Notes: generated by a model from the letters alone, not told the origin. A DNA stretch of 64,000 nt from Alphaproteobacteria bacterium (GCA_965228425.1 OZ245815.1:2957234-3021233), one strand, 5' to 3'. Positions 38,554-48,063 are shown, counted from the stretch's first letter. Program-made: numbers and translations.

Positions 38554-39327
38554 CTACCGGCTCGCCATGACACCGCCGTCCACCGGCAAAATCGTGCCGG
38601 TGATCCAGGATGCTTCGTCGGAGGCCAGGAACAGAATAGCGCCGACCACATCGTCCGGCTGTCCGTTTCGGCCCAGCGGATGGAAATCATTGAAGGTCGG
38701 TAGAACGGCTTTGACTTCGTCGGGTGTCAAGAACGTGCCAAAAACCGGGGTTTCCACCACCGCCGGCGCGACCGCGTTGATCCGGATCTTCGACGGGGCG
38801 AGCTCGACCGCCAAATTTCGGACCATGGCGTGTACGCCGGCTTTCGCCGCCGAGTAAGCGCTGGAAGGGGTCGCTGTGACGGCGCGTTCCGCCCACATGG
38901 ACCCCGTTTGGACAATTGCACCGCCGCCGCGCTGTTCCATCGCCCTGGCCGCTGCCTGAGCCATGAAGAACTTCCCCTTCAGTATGGTCGTGATGTAGCG
39001 GTCGAAATCCTCCTCCGTATGGTCGAGAAAGGGCGTCGGTTTGAAGATTCCGGCATTGTTTAACAGGATGTCGACGCCACCGAAGTGGGTATGGGCGATA
39101 TCTACGGCACGCTCGCCGGTTTCCGGATGGCCGACATCGGCCGCCAAGGTGGCGACGTGTTTACCGGTCGGGTCGACCGCTTTGGCGGCGTCCGTAATGA
39201 CGTCTTCGCGGCGGCCAAGAATAACGGCCGAACCGCCTTGTTTCACGAATCGTTGGGCCGCCCGGAAACCAATGCCGGTTCCGCCGCCCGTTATGATCGC
39301 AACTTTGTTTTCGAATTTGGTCATCAT
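38554..39327 (-). CDS. SDR-family oxidoreductase
   Basis: VAIITGGGTGIG, NNAG, and YSAAKAG as the catalytic YxxxK. Confidence 0.9.
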   Translation of the reverse strand: MMTKFENKVAIITGGGTGIGFRAAQRFVKQGGSAVILGRREDVITDAAKAVDPTGKHVATLAADVGHPETGERAVDIAHTHFGGVDILLNNAGIFKPTPFLDHTEEDFDRYITTILKGKFFMAQAAARAMEQRGGGAIVQTGSMWAERAVTATPSSAYSAAKAGVHAMVRNLAVELAPSKIRINAVAPAVVETPVFGTFLTPDEVKAVLPTFNDFHPLGRNGQPDDVVGAILFLASDEASWITGTILPVDGGVMASR

Positions 39328-39345
39328 CTCTCGCTTTGTGAGTTA

Positions 39346-39408
39346 ATCTATCGATAGATAGGGAGCTAGGCCTTGCTGAGATGCAATTCAATGCCTATCT
39401 ATCGATAG
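39346..39408. promoter_or_regulatory. two copies of the palindromic core CTATCGATAG in the divergent SDR/TetR intergenic region (candidate TetR operators)
   Basis: ATCTATCGATAGAT at 39346-39359 is a 14-bp perfect palindrome. CTATCGATAG recurs at 39399-39408, so the cores are 51 bp apart. Confidence 0.5.
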
Positions 39409-39443
39409 GTCATAACAAGATCGTGAGAAGTGAGGGTGTAAGG

Positions 39444-40022
39444 ATGCCTGAGATGACGAGCACACGAGACCGTATCATCGCGGCGGCCGAGGTCCGCATG
39501 CGTGACGGCGGCTATCACGGGTTCTCGTTCCGGGAGATTGCGGCGGACGTCGGCATTAAGAGCGCAAGTGTGCACCATCATTTTCCGGCCAAGGAAGACT
39601 TGGCGTTCGCCGTTGTCGACGGGTACACGGAGCGCTTTATCGAGACGCTTGGCGATCCCGCCGATCCCGGCAAGAGCCCGGGAGCTCTGATTGACCGCTA
39701 CATTGATTTGTTTCGCCGGGCGTTGATCGTAGAACGCCGGATGTGCCTATGCGGCCTATTGGGATCGGAGGTAAAGGCATTGCCCGATCGGGTCAGCGTG
39801 GGCACCCGAACGTTCTTCCAGCGTCATATCGAGTGGCTGTCCAAGGTCTTTCGGTCGGCCGATCCGGCGGCAACCCAAGATGTGATCGACGCCCGGGCGA
39901 TGCGGTTCGTTGCGACGCTCGAAGGCGCACTTTTGGTCGCTCAGAGCCTTGATGAGCCGGAGGTGTTCGAAAGGATCGTCAGCGCAACCTTAGCGACCCT
40001 TGATATCGGAAGTTCGGAGTAG
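39444..40022 (+). CDS. TetR/AcrR-family transcriptional regulator
   Basis: RDRIIAAAEVRMRDGGYHGFSFREIAADVGIKSASVHHHFPAKEDL is the TetR helix-turn-helix (HTH). Confidence 0.85.
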   Translation: MPEMTSTRDRIIAAAEVRMRDGGYHGFSFREIAADVGIKSASVHHHFPAKEDLAFAVVDGYTERFIETLGDPADPGKSPGALIDRYIDLFRRALIVERRMCLCGLLGSEVKALPDRVSVGTRTFFQRHIEWLSKVFRSADPAATQDVIDARAMRFVATLEGALLVAQSLDEPEVFERIVSATLATLDIGSSE

Positions 40023-40056
40023 GGCCGCATCCGGGTCCGTTCGTCAGAAATCAAGA

Positions 40057-40947
40057 TTACCGTTTGGCGGTTGTGCGGCCGGGCAATTGGCCGATGAAGT
40101 CCGCGATCGTGTCTACCACGCCATCTTTTTCCTGGAAGGGTTCGGCGAGCGCCAACAGGATACCGATATGTCCAATGTCGTCGAGTTCGACAAGCCTGAC
40201 GGGAACACGCGCTTCTTTCAGTTTCTTGGTCAACTCGATCGAATTCTCGGGCCAGACGGTCGTGTCGTCCTTACCGTGCAGCAGGAGCGAGGGCGCTTGG
40301 CCGGGCATCACGAAGGTGACGGGACGGGCTTCGTCCGGGCGTTTCGCCGTCTCGAAGATGGGCCGGAGACTGGCATATTTCAACGGGTCGAAATAATAGG
40401 GTCCGGCGAGCCCGACGAGGCCCGCGATCGACGCCATGGGAACGCCAGCGGCCGTTAGATAATGGTCGTCATAGGCGAGGAGGGCAGCGATATGGGCGCC
40501 AGCCGAATGCCCGGATAGGATGATGCGGTTCGGGTCGCCGCCGTACCGCGAGATGTTCTTACGGACCCAGGCGACGGCGGCCGCGGCGTCCTCGACGAAG
40601 GCCGGGAATCGCACCTCGGGGTAGGTCCGGTAATCGGGAACGACGGTGACATAGCCGCGCGAGGCAAAGGCCTGGCCCGCAAACCTGTAATTCTCGCGCT
40701 TTCCGTTCTTCCAGCTTCCGCCATACAGAAAAATCACGACCGGCTTCTCGCCGTTCGCATTGTCGGGCTTGTAAACATCGAGACGTTGCCGGGCCTCGGG
40801 GCCGTAGGCGATATCGACCGCGCGCTCGTGACCGTCTTCCGGCACCAACGCGTTAATTGCCGACAAGGGCGAGCAACCGGGAATGAACAAAAGAGCGGCG
40901 GCCGCGAGGCCGAAACGCAAATACTGTAGATTGTACATCATCAGCAC
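40057..40947 (-). CDS. alpha/beta hydrolase (esterase/lipase-type) lipoprotein
   Basis: Lipobox FIPGCS. HGGSW-like oxyanion region IFLYGGSW. Nucleophile elbow GHSAGAH. Confidence 0.8.
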   Translation of the reverse strand: MLMMYNLQYLRFGLAAAALLFIPGCSPLSAINALVPEDGHERAVDIAYGPEARQRLDVYKPDNANGEKPVVIFLYGGSWKNGKRENYRFAGQAFASRGYVTVVPDYRTYPEVRFPAFVEDAAAAVAWVRKNISRYGGDPNRIILSGHSAGAHIAALLAYDDHYLTAAGVPMASIAGLVGLAGPYYFDPLKYASLRPIFETAKRPDEARPVTFVMPGQAPSLLLHGKDDTTVWPENSIELTKKLKEARVPVRLVELDDIGHIGILLALAEPFQEKDGVVDTIADFIGQLPGRTTAKR

Positions 40948-41007
40948 TATCTACGTATCCAAAACCCGATTGGATGACTCAGGCTTGGGATTTAACCGGA
41001 CCTAAGC

Positions 41008-42036
41008 TCAGATCTTGAATTTCGTCATCACCGTTTCGGACCATTCGCGCATGAATCGTTCCTTATCCGCGAAATGAACGCTCATCCAGAAATGATGCGC
41101 GCCGGCCTCCGCGGCCGCCTCGATCTTGGCCACGCAGTCGTCCACGGTGCCGACGATGGCGAATCGGTCCGCCAGATAGTCCACCAAGCCCAGGTCCTCG
41201 ATCATCGTCACGTTGTCGCTGCCGGGCATCTGATGTTGATCGAACCGGTAGCGCTTCTTGGCCTCACGAATCTTGTCGAGGAACTGGCTGGGGATATGTT
41301 TGCCCTCGGTCGTGAACCGGCCGAGATGCTTCGCGCCCGACGCGAGGGAATGCTTGATCTTGTCCACCGCTTCGTCGCGGGTGTTCGCCACGCTGACCCA
41401 AGGGAACCAAGTCTTGTCGATGGCGTCATAGTCGCGCCCCGCGCGCTCCGCGCCACGCCTGATGCAGGCAAGCGCGTCCTCGATGACTTCCGGCAGCAAG
41501 CCGGTCTGAATGATCACGCCGTCGGCGACTTCACCCGCCAATTCAAGCGTCTTCGGTCCCGAGGCGGCGAGATAGACGGGAACATCCGCGGGGCCCCACG
41601 TCAGTTTCGCAGTTTCACCCTGGTAGACGGTCTCGCCGGTGGTCAGCAATTCGCGGATCGATGCGGTATAGGCGCGGGTCTCGGCCATGCGGGCAGGGCG
41701 GACACCGGCGTTGTGAACGGAACTATCGCCACTTCCGACGCCAAGCACCGCCCGCCCAGGGGCCATTTCCGCCAACGTTGCTGCCCCGGACGCGGAAACC
41801 GCAGGATGACGCGTCATCGGGTTGATCACCCGCGGCCCGAACTTCACGCGCTCGGTTTCCTGCGCGCACAGCGCGGCTGTGATGAAGACCTCTCTATAGA
41901 GAGATTGCGAATCGCCGATACCGACGGTGTCGAATCCGTTGTCTTCGGCGGTCCGGCACCAGGACAGGAACTCGTCCAGGGCGTTCGGCAAGAGGGTGAC
42001 GCCGAAACCGACCCGTGTGTCTTCGCGTCGTAGCAT
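41008..42036 (-). CDS. LLM-class (luciferase-like) flavin-dependent oxidoreductase
   Basis: FGVTLLP...GFDTVGIGDSQ and a TIM-barrel LLM pattern. ATG 42036 has an AAGGAGA SD. The ORF is open to 42195. Confidence 0.8.
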   Translation of the reverse strand: MLRREDTRVGFGVTLLPNALDEFLSWCRTAEDNGFDTVGIGDSQSLYREVFITAALCAQETERVKFGPRVINPMTRHPAVSASGAATLAEMAPGRAVLGVGSGDSSVHNAGVRPARMAETRAYTASIRELLTTGETVYQGETAKLTWGPADVPVYLAASGPKTLELAGEVADGVIIQTGLLPEVIEDALACIRRGAERAGRDYDAIDKTWFPWVSVANTRDEAVDKIKHSLASGAKHLGRFTTEGKHIPSQFLDKIREAKKRYRFDQHQMPGSDNVTMIEDLGLVDYLADRFAIVGTVDDCVAKIEAAAEAGAHHFWMSVHFADKERFMREWSETVMTKFKI

Positions 42037-42068
42037 TCTTTTTCTTCTCCTTCGAAATACGGGATCGT

Positions 42069-43091
42069 TCAGACCGTGGCGACCGGGGTCGCGGGCGAAC
42101 CGACCGCGCCGGGCAGCCGAAGCGGCGGGGCCGTCAGCAGGAACCGCGACCGGTTGTTGGAGCGCAGCCAGCCCGCCAGTTCGGTGAGGTACCACAGTTC
42201 GCCGAGATGGATACCGAGCTTGAACAGGCAGTGTTCGTGCAACGGCAGGGCGGCGCCCCGGTCTCCGAGCCGGGGGTCCGGACCCAGGCTTGAAGATCGT
42301 TCGACGGCAAGATTATCCGAGATGATCGCAGCAACCCCGCTGTCGGTTATCCATTGCAGCAGTTTATCGTCGAAACCGTCCAGAACGGCGCAAAGTTCCC
42401 GGACCGAGTCATCCGGATCGCGTTTCATATCCAACAGCCGTTGGGACAATCCGGTGTGCAGGCAGACCATGTCACCGGTTTCCACCTCGACCTTGTCCTC
42501 GTCCATGATGCGCATAAGCGTGTCGTAACCGACGGCCTGTCGTTCGTCGCCGAGATGATGTCGCAGGTCGATCATCACGCCGCGGCCCTGCACGCAGGTT
42601 TCGGCCATCCGGTCTACGGTGAGCGCGGCGGCCCCGACCTCGCCTTGCGTCGGTTCGCCGGTATCGCTGGCGACGACCGTGTGTCCGTTGTAGTAGACCT
42701 TCTCGGGCACACCGTCGCCGTCGGCGTCGAACATGGAGCCTTTATGCGCGAAGGCGTCCCATTGGGTGGAATACTGGCTGTACAGCGTCACCGCTTCGTC
42801 ACAACTGACATCTGTGAACCGAGGGTCGATCTTCGATGCCTCCATGTGGAAATAGACATGGCCATGCGAATGCACCGGTTTGAACTTCGGCGGGAAGCGC
42901 GACGCGTTCAGCACGCTGCCGCCAGGGTAGTCGAGCGGCAGACTGAGACAGAAGACCTTACCGTCACGCACCTCGGAAATGGCCTTCAAGCGCCGTTCGG
43001 GGGTAAGCAAATTCATCCGGCCATATTGATCGTCCGGTCCGAAATCGCCCCAATTGGAACCTTCTGGCCGGTTCTTCCAGCGGTTCGCCAT
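42069..43091 (-). CDS. cyclase-family (kynurenine-formamidase-like fold) protein, tandem paralogue A
   Basis: GDMVCLHTGLS. QYSTQWDAFAH occupies the position of the family HxGTHxDxPxH motif. Colinear with the upstream paralogue, including the shared C-terminus GAVGSPATPVATV. Confidence 0.78.
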   Translation of the reverse strand: MANRWKNRPEGSNWGDFGPDDQYGRMNLLTPERRLKAISEVRDGKVFCLSLPLDYPGGSVLNASRFPPKFKPVHSHGHVYFHMEASKIDPRFTDVSCDEAVTLYSQYSTQWDAFAHKGSMFDADGDGVPEKVYYNGHTVVASDTGEPTQGEVGAAALTVDRMAETCVQGRGVMIDLRHHLGDERQAVGYDTLMRIMDEDKVEVETGDMVCLHTGLSQRLLDMKRDPDDSVRELCAVLDGFDDKLLQWITDSGVAAIISDNLAVERSSSLGPDPRLGDRGAALPLHEHCLFKLGIHLGELWYLTELAGWLRSNNRSRFLLTAPPLRLPGAVGSPATPVATV

Positions 43092-43102
43092 GATTTATCT
43101 CC

Positions 43103-44122
43103 TTAGACCGTTGCCACAGGCGTCGCCGGCGATCCGACCGCGCCCGGCATGCGAAGCGGCGGGCCGGTGAACAGGAAGCGCGAGCGCTTGTTTTCCCGCA
43201 GCCAGCGCGCCAACGGACCGAGGTTGAACATCTCACCGAGATGGACGCCGAGCCGGAACAGGCACAGGTCGTGCAACGCCAGCAACGGTCCCGGTTCGGT
43301 CGCGTCCATCACGCCGCCCCATTCGTACTCGACGGCCCGGTTGTCGCAGACGAGGACCGCGAGGCCGCTGTCGGTGACCCATTGCCGAAGTTTTTCGTCC
43401 CGCCCGTCGAAGGCGGCGCCCGATTGGAACATGACGTCGGGATCGGGATTGCCGGCAAAATCGATCAGCATGTCGCTCCAGCCGGTATGCAGGAGCACGA
43501 TATCGCCTTCCTCCACCTCGACCTGGTCGACATCCAGAATTTCCATCAGATCGTCATATCCGACCGGCTTATGCTCGGTCCCATAGTGGGCGTGCAGGTC
43601 GATCATGACGCCGCGTCCTTGGACGCAGGATTCGGCCATGTGCTCGATGCCGAGCGATGCCGCGCCAACCTCGCCCTGCGTGGGCTTGCCGGTCTCTTCG
43701 TCGACCACGGCAAAGCCGTTATAGAAGACAACCTTGGGTTTGCCGTCGCCGTGAATATCGAATTCGCCGCCGTAATGGGCGAGGGCGTCCCATTGGGTCG
43801 AATACTGGCTGTGGAAATACATCGCGTCGTCGCAGGTGGCGCTGGTCACCAACGGGTTGAACCGGCTCATCGGCTGGCAGAAGGCGATTTCGCCCTCGCG
43901 GTAGACCGGCTTCAACTCCGGCGGATGCCGCCGCGGGTTCAATGCGGTGCCGCCGGGCAGATTCAGCGGCAGACTGAGGCAGAAGTTCAGGCCCTCTTTC
44001 ACCTCCGCGACCCCTTGGCGGACCTTTTCCGGCGTGAGCAGGTTGAGGCGCCCCAGTTGGTCTTCCTCGCCGAAATCACCCCAAGTCGATCCTTCGGGGC
44101 GGTGTGTCCAACGCTTGCTCAC
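43103..44122 (-). CDS. cyclase-family protein, tandem paralogue B
   Basis: MSKRWTHRPEGSTWGDFG..., QYSTQWDALAH, GDIVLLHTGWS. It is 11 nt upstream of paralogue A. Confidence 0.78.
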   Translation of the reverse strand: MSKRWTHRPEGSTWGDFGEEDQLGRLNLLTPEKVRQGVAEVKEGLNFCLSLPLNLPGGTALNPRRHPPELKPVYREGEIAFCQPMSRFNPLVTSATCDDAMYFHSQYSTQWDALAHYGGEFDIHGDGKPKVVFYNGFAVVDEETGKPTQGEVGAASLGIEHMAESCVQGRGVMIDLHAHYGTEHKPVGYDDLMEILDVDQVEVEEGDIVLLHTGWSDMLIDFAGNPDPDVMFQSGAAFDGRDEKLRQWVTDSGLAVLVCDNRAVEYEWGGVMDATEPGPLLALHDLCLFRLGVHLGEMFNLGPLARWLRENKRSRFLFTGPPLRMPGAVGSPATPVATV

Positions 44123-44224
44123 GGTTGCCGTCTCCTCTGCCTAATCGGGATGCTGTGGCGGTCTTGCCGCATATGCCGGTATGATACAGTGAATTGCGTG
44201 CAGGGTCAGATTGAGGAGAATTGC

Positions 44225-44824
44225 ATGACGGAAGCCGACGAACGGGATCGCGCGGTTGCAGCCTCTCTAGCTCAAATCAGGGCCATTGAGGCGGCGGATG
44301 GCGTCACCGAGGCTTCGCTCGAGAGGATCAAAGGCGTGCTGCTGCAACTGGCTCAGAAGCGCGCGTTGTTCGACGGCCGGGCGTTTCCGCCGCCCGATCG
44401 GGATGGCATCAGCAACTTCTATAAATTGTCGATTGACGACGACGACCGCTATGCCTTGTATCTATCTGTCGGCCGGAAGGGCCGTGAGACCCCGCCGCAC
44501 AACCACACCACCTGGGCGGTCATCGTCGGCATGTCGGGAGAAGAGGAAAACCGCATCTACACGCGCGCAGACGATGGCACGATCGAGGGTGAAGCCGAGT
44601 TGAATCAGATCGACAGCAAGGTCCTTCGCGCCGACGACGGTCTCGTCTACATGCCCGACGCGATCCATAGCATTCACGTCATCAGCGACGAACCGACCCG
44701 GCATTTCCATATGTACGGCACCGCCCTGCATGCGCTGCACGAGCGTGTTCAGTTCGACACGGAATCCGGGCGATATACCCATTTCCCGGCGATCCCGAGC
44801 ATGCCCGCGAAGGCGGATGCATGA
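44225..44824 (+). CDS. cupin / double-stranded beta-helix metalloprotein (cysteine-dioxygenase-like superfamily)
   Basis: ETPPHNHTTWAVIVGMSGEE..., DAIHSIHV. GAGGAG SD. This is the real 3' third of the 527-aa track ORF. Confidence 0.65.
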   Translation: MTEADERDRAVAASLAQIRAIEAADGVTEASLERIKGVLLQLAQKRALFDGRAFPPPDRDGISNFYKLSIDDDDRYALYLSVGRKGRETPPHNHTTWAVIVGMSGEEENRIYTRADDGTIEGEAELNQIDSKVLRADDGLVYMPDAIHSIHVISDEPTRHFHMYGTALHALHERVQFDTESGRYTHFPAIPSMPAKADA

Positions 44825-45420
44825 CCGGGATCTTGCGCCGTTTGAGTTGTGCCCTGGTCGCGGCCGGGGTTGCTTGCTGGTCGGTCGCGGCGGCGGCGGC
44901 CGACGTCATCGTATCGACCAAGATTTGCGACCCGATTCCGGCGGGAGCGGCGATGCGGCTCTCGCCCGCGGACGATGCGGACCTGTACAAATGGGTCGAT
45001 GAACCGCTGCGCCACGCGTTGAAGAAGGCCGGACATCCGATATCGGACGGCGGTAGCGTGGATGTGTATTACGCCATCACGGAAGCACCGGTCGCGTATC
45101 GGAAGGACGGACCGTCCCTGGGCCGGCTGGAGGTCGATACGACGCGAAGCGGGCAGCGCGCCCTTTTGCTGCTCAACGTCTGGTCGACCCGGGAAGACAG
45201 TATTCTGGGCGGCCGCAAGAGCAAATCCGGCTCGCGGTTTGCGACCTATCTCTTCATGACCTTCGAGATCAATGATAAGCAAACGGGGAAGTGTCTGTGG
45301 CGCGGGGAGGGTGGAACGGCCCTCGTAGGCGACCGGAAATTGCTCATTGTCCAGATTACCGACACCGTGATGGACCATCTGGGGCAGGCGGTCGACCGGA
45401 AGTCGGTCGTTGTCGATTGA
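44821..45420 (+). CDS. hypothetical exported protein
   Basis: Signal peptide LSCALVAAGVACWSVAAAAA|DV. The start overlaps the cupin stop (ATGA). Confidence 0.6.
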   Translation: MTGILRRLSCALVAAGVACWSVAAAAADVIVSTKICDPIPAGAAMRLSPADDADLYKWVDEPLRHALKKAGHPISDGGSVDVYYAITEAPVAYRKDGPSLGRLEVDTTRSGQRALLLLNVWSTREDSILGGRKSKSGSRFATYLFMTFEINDKQTGKCLWRGEGGTALVGDRKLLIVQITDTVMDHLGQAVDRKSVVVD

Positions 45421-45435
45421 CAGGCCGGACTTGCC

Positions 45436-46146
45436 GTGAGGCCCTACGTCACACTCGTAACGGGGGCAAGCCGGGGCATCGGGCTCGCGATCGCAAACCG
45501 GTTGGCGGAGGCCGGTGGAACGGTTATCGGTGTTTCGCGTCGGCGTCCGGACGGTGATTTCCCCGGCGTCTTCTTCGAGATCGATCTTTCGAAACGGGAT
45601 GCGACCGAGCAAGGCCTCCGCGACATCACGACCACGCATTCGGTCGATCATCTCGTCAACAATGCGGGATACCTGATCGCGTCGACCTTGGATGACACGA
45701 CGTCGGAAGAATTCGATGCCCAGATCGCCGTCAACTTGCGCGCCTATATCCAGTGCGCCCAGGCGTGTTTGCCGGCGATGCGTGCGCAGGGACGGGGCCG
45801 GATCCTCAACATCGCCAGCCGCGCGACCCTGGGCCGGATAAAACGCACGGCCTATGCGGCGGCCAAGACGGGCGTCATCAGTCTCACCAAGACGTGGGCC
45901 CTCGAACACGCGCCGTCCGGGATTACGGTGAACACGATCGCGCCGGGCCCGATCGCAACCGAAATGTTCAAGACCAACATGCCGCCCGGCTCGCCGGAGT
46001 ATGAAACCGTCATCGCCGGCATCCCCATGAACCGTATGGGCACGCCGGAAGAGATCGCGGCCGCCGTCGATTTCTTCCTGAGCGATGATGCAAGCTTCGT
46101 GACGGGTCAGACGCTGTATGTCTGCGGCGGCGGCAGCGTCGGATAA
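45436..46146 (+). CDS. SDR-family oxidoreductase (FabG-like)
   Basis: TLVTGASRGIGLAIA, NNAG, YAAAKTG, PGPIATEM. GTG start. Confidence 0.9.
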   Translation: MRPYVTLVTGASRGIGLAIANRLAEAGGTVIGVSRRRPDGDFPGVFFEIDLSKRDATEQGLRDITTTHSVDHLVNNAGYLIASTLDDTTSEEFDAQIAVNLRAYIQCAQACLPAMRAQGRGRILNIASRATLGRIKRTAYAAAKTGVISLTKTWALEHAPSGITVNTIAPGPIATEMFKTNMPPGSPEYETVIAGIPMNRMGTPEEIAAAVDFFLSDDASFVTGQTLYVCGGGSVG

Positions 46147-46163
46147 AGAAGGGTTAGACGCCG

Positions 46164-47000
46164 ATGACTTCAGGAGATCCCGTGCCAAGCATACCGGAGG
46201 CCGATGCGACCGGCGAGATAGCGGCGCTTTACGAGGATATACGGCAGACGCTTGGCGTGCCGTTGGTCAATCTGATCTGGCGGAACCTTGCGACGATCCC
46301 CGGCGCGCTTGATTGGGCATGGACCACGCTGAAACCGGTCTACGAGGATGGCGGCATCCAAGCCGAAGCTCGCGCATTGCGCATGGGCCTGGCCCTGCCG
46401 GAGGTTGCCGCACTCAATCCGTCCGCGCTCTCGGAGGCGGGGCTGTCGGCGGCCGACCTGACGACGATCGAGACCATTCTCGATTCCTACGAACGGAGCA
46501 ATCCGTTGAACCTTGTCGCGATCGGTGCGTTGCTCGTGTTGTTGCAGGGTAGGTCCGACGAGGCGGCGGCGGCACCGGCCGAGCCTGTCACGGAACCGCC
46601 CGTCTCGGGAGATTTGCCCTCTTTGTTGTCGTTCGACGACATGACGGCGGAGACGGCGGACCTCGCCCGCGCGGTAAATGCGCTGGGCGCGCGCGGACGG
46701 ACACATATCATGGTCAGCATGCCGCGCCATCTCGCTCATTGGCCCGCTTATCTCGACCTTTACCGGTCGGTTATTTCGCCGTTGGACGCCGACGGGCGGC
46801 TCGCGGCGAGCATCGATGCGGTGATTGCTGATGGACGGTCTCGCGGGGCCTTGCTGGCGCCCCGATTGGCCGATGCTTCCGAGCCGCAAGGCGAAGCCAG
46901 GGCCGCAACGGTGGCAACGCTCGAGGACTTCTACGAGAACGCAATTGCCCGCATGATCCCCGTGGTCGGTCTGCTCAAAAAAGCGACGCTTTCTCCTTAG
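46164..47000 (+). CDS. DehI-like (halocarboxylic acid dehalogenase DehI family) protein
   Basis: The N-terminus ATGEIAALYEDIRQTLGVPLVNLIWRNLATIPGALDWAW resembles the DehI repeat as I remember it. The assignment is by recall only. Confidence 0.5.
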   Translation: MTSGDPVPSIPEADATGEIAALYEDIRQTLGVPLVNLIWRNLATIPGALDWAWTTLKPVYEDGGIQAEARALRMGLALPEVAALNPSALSEAGLSAADLTTIETILDSYERSNPLNLVAIGALLVLLQGRSDEAAAAPAEPVTEPPVSGDLPSLLSFDDMTAETADLARAVNALGARGRTHIMVSMPRHLAHWPAYLDLYRSVISPLDADGRLAASIDAVIADGRSRGALLAPRLADASEPQGEARAATVATLEDFYENAIARMIPVVGLLKKATLSP

Positions 47001-47003
47001 CGG

Positions 47004-47040
47004 GCAAAAGAAAACGGGCGGCCATTGAAGCAGCCGCCCG
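47004..47040 (-). terminator. intrinsic terminator after the 47065..47901 gene
   Basis: The minus strand reads GGGCGGC-ugcuucaaug-GCCGCCC followed by GUUUUCUUUUG. Confidence 0.6.
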
Positions 47041-47064
47041 CATCGCTTCTTACCGGAGAGCGGT

Positions 47065-47901
47065 CTACTTGCCGAAGAGCTTCTTCAGGCCTTTCTCCGC
47101 TTCGCCCGCACCTTCCTTCAAGACTTTGCCGGCATCGCCGCCTTTCTCCAGGGACTTCTGAATCCCCGCCGCGGCGCCGCCCAACTCCTTGCCGAGCGCA
47201 TCTTTAATGGCGCCGACATCCAGCTTGCCGACAGCACTCGTCGCTGCCGTGCTGATCGCGGCGATTACCTTTTGCGCAACTTCCGCCGGGGTGGCGCCTG
47301 AATTCTTGCCACCTTCCTTGCCGATGTCCTTGAGATGGATGTTCGGCAGCGATGCGCCGGTCGACTGGCCCTTCAGGAAGTCGGCGCTGACATTCACCTT
47401 GCCGTCGCGGACATAGACATTCTCGATGACCAGTTTCGGACCGCCACTGTCGTCGCCGCCGCTTGACGAACCACCGCTGCCACCGCCGGAAGACGCGCCG
47501 CCGGCGGCCTTTTCCACATTCTTCTGGATCGTGCCGATATTGCTGCCACCCGAGCCGAACTCATAGGTGACCTGCGGCGCGGCGATCACGACTTCCTTCA
47601 CGACAATGACGTCCGACGTGACGGTCGTGGGATCGACCTTGACGCTGACTTCGCCGAGTTTGAGTGCGGAATCCGTGTTGAAGCCAGCCGGGTTGCCAAC
47701 CGTCAAGCCGCGTATGCCGGCCTGGCCATCGGTGAGCTTGTCCACATCGACTGCGTCGAGGCTCACGCTGACCTGCGTCACTTCGGAACCGGCCTCTTCG
47801 ACCGCCGTCTTAATAATGGACCCTAAATTCGACCACACGAAATACAGCCCGCCGGCAACGATGACGACGAGTACCGCCAGTCCAATAAGAACCTTTTTCA
47901 T
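47065..47901 (-). CDS. membrane-anchored hypothetical protein with a Gly/Ser-rich linker and a Lys/Gly/Ala-rich tail
   Basis: N-terminal TM anchor MKKVLIGLAVLVVIVAGGLYFVW. A beta-rich region, then GGASSGGGSGGSSSGGDDSGG, then a repetitive KxxGxxA tail. Confidence 0.6.
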   Translation of the reverse strand: MKKVLIGLAVLVVIVAGGLYFVWSNLGSIIKTAVEEAGSEVTQVSVSLDAVDVDKLTDGQAGIRGLTVGNPAGFNTDSALKLGEVSVKVDPTTVTSDVIVVKEVVIAAPQVTYEFGSGGSNIGTIQKNVEKAAGGASSGGGSGGSSSGGDDSGGPKLVIENVYVRDGKVNVSADFLKGQSTGASLPNIHLKDIGKEGGKNSGATPAEVAQKVIAAISTAATSAVGKLDVGAIKDALGKELGGAAAGIQKSLEKGGDAGKVLKEGAGEAEKGLKKLFGK

Positions 47902-48063
47902 ATCTAATCTCTATTCCTGTCTCTAACCCAAGTGCCCTGCCCGTGCGGGGCGCACTGTACCCGCCGGAACCTATGACTGCACGAAAATATGGCGTCCGTA
48001 TGATGCCAAATTACCGTAGCGCGAACCAATCCATGACGACGGAATTGCCGACTCCGCGGGGAC

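Noticed and set aside
43241-44224. 5' two-thirds of the 527-aa plus-strand ORF
   Set aside because: It is antisense to cyclase paralogue B. Only the last 199 codons (from ATG 44225, which has an SD) give a recognisable cupin protein.
44749-46188. 479-aa minus-strand ORF
   Set aside because: It is antisense to the exported protein, the SDR and the start of the DehI-like gene. It shows no motifs and has shadow-frame composition.
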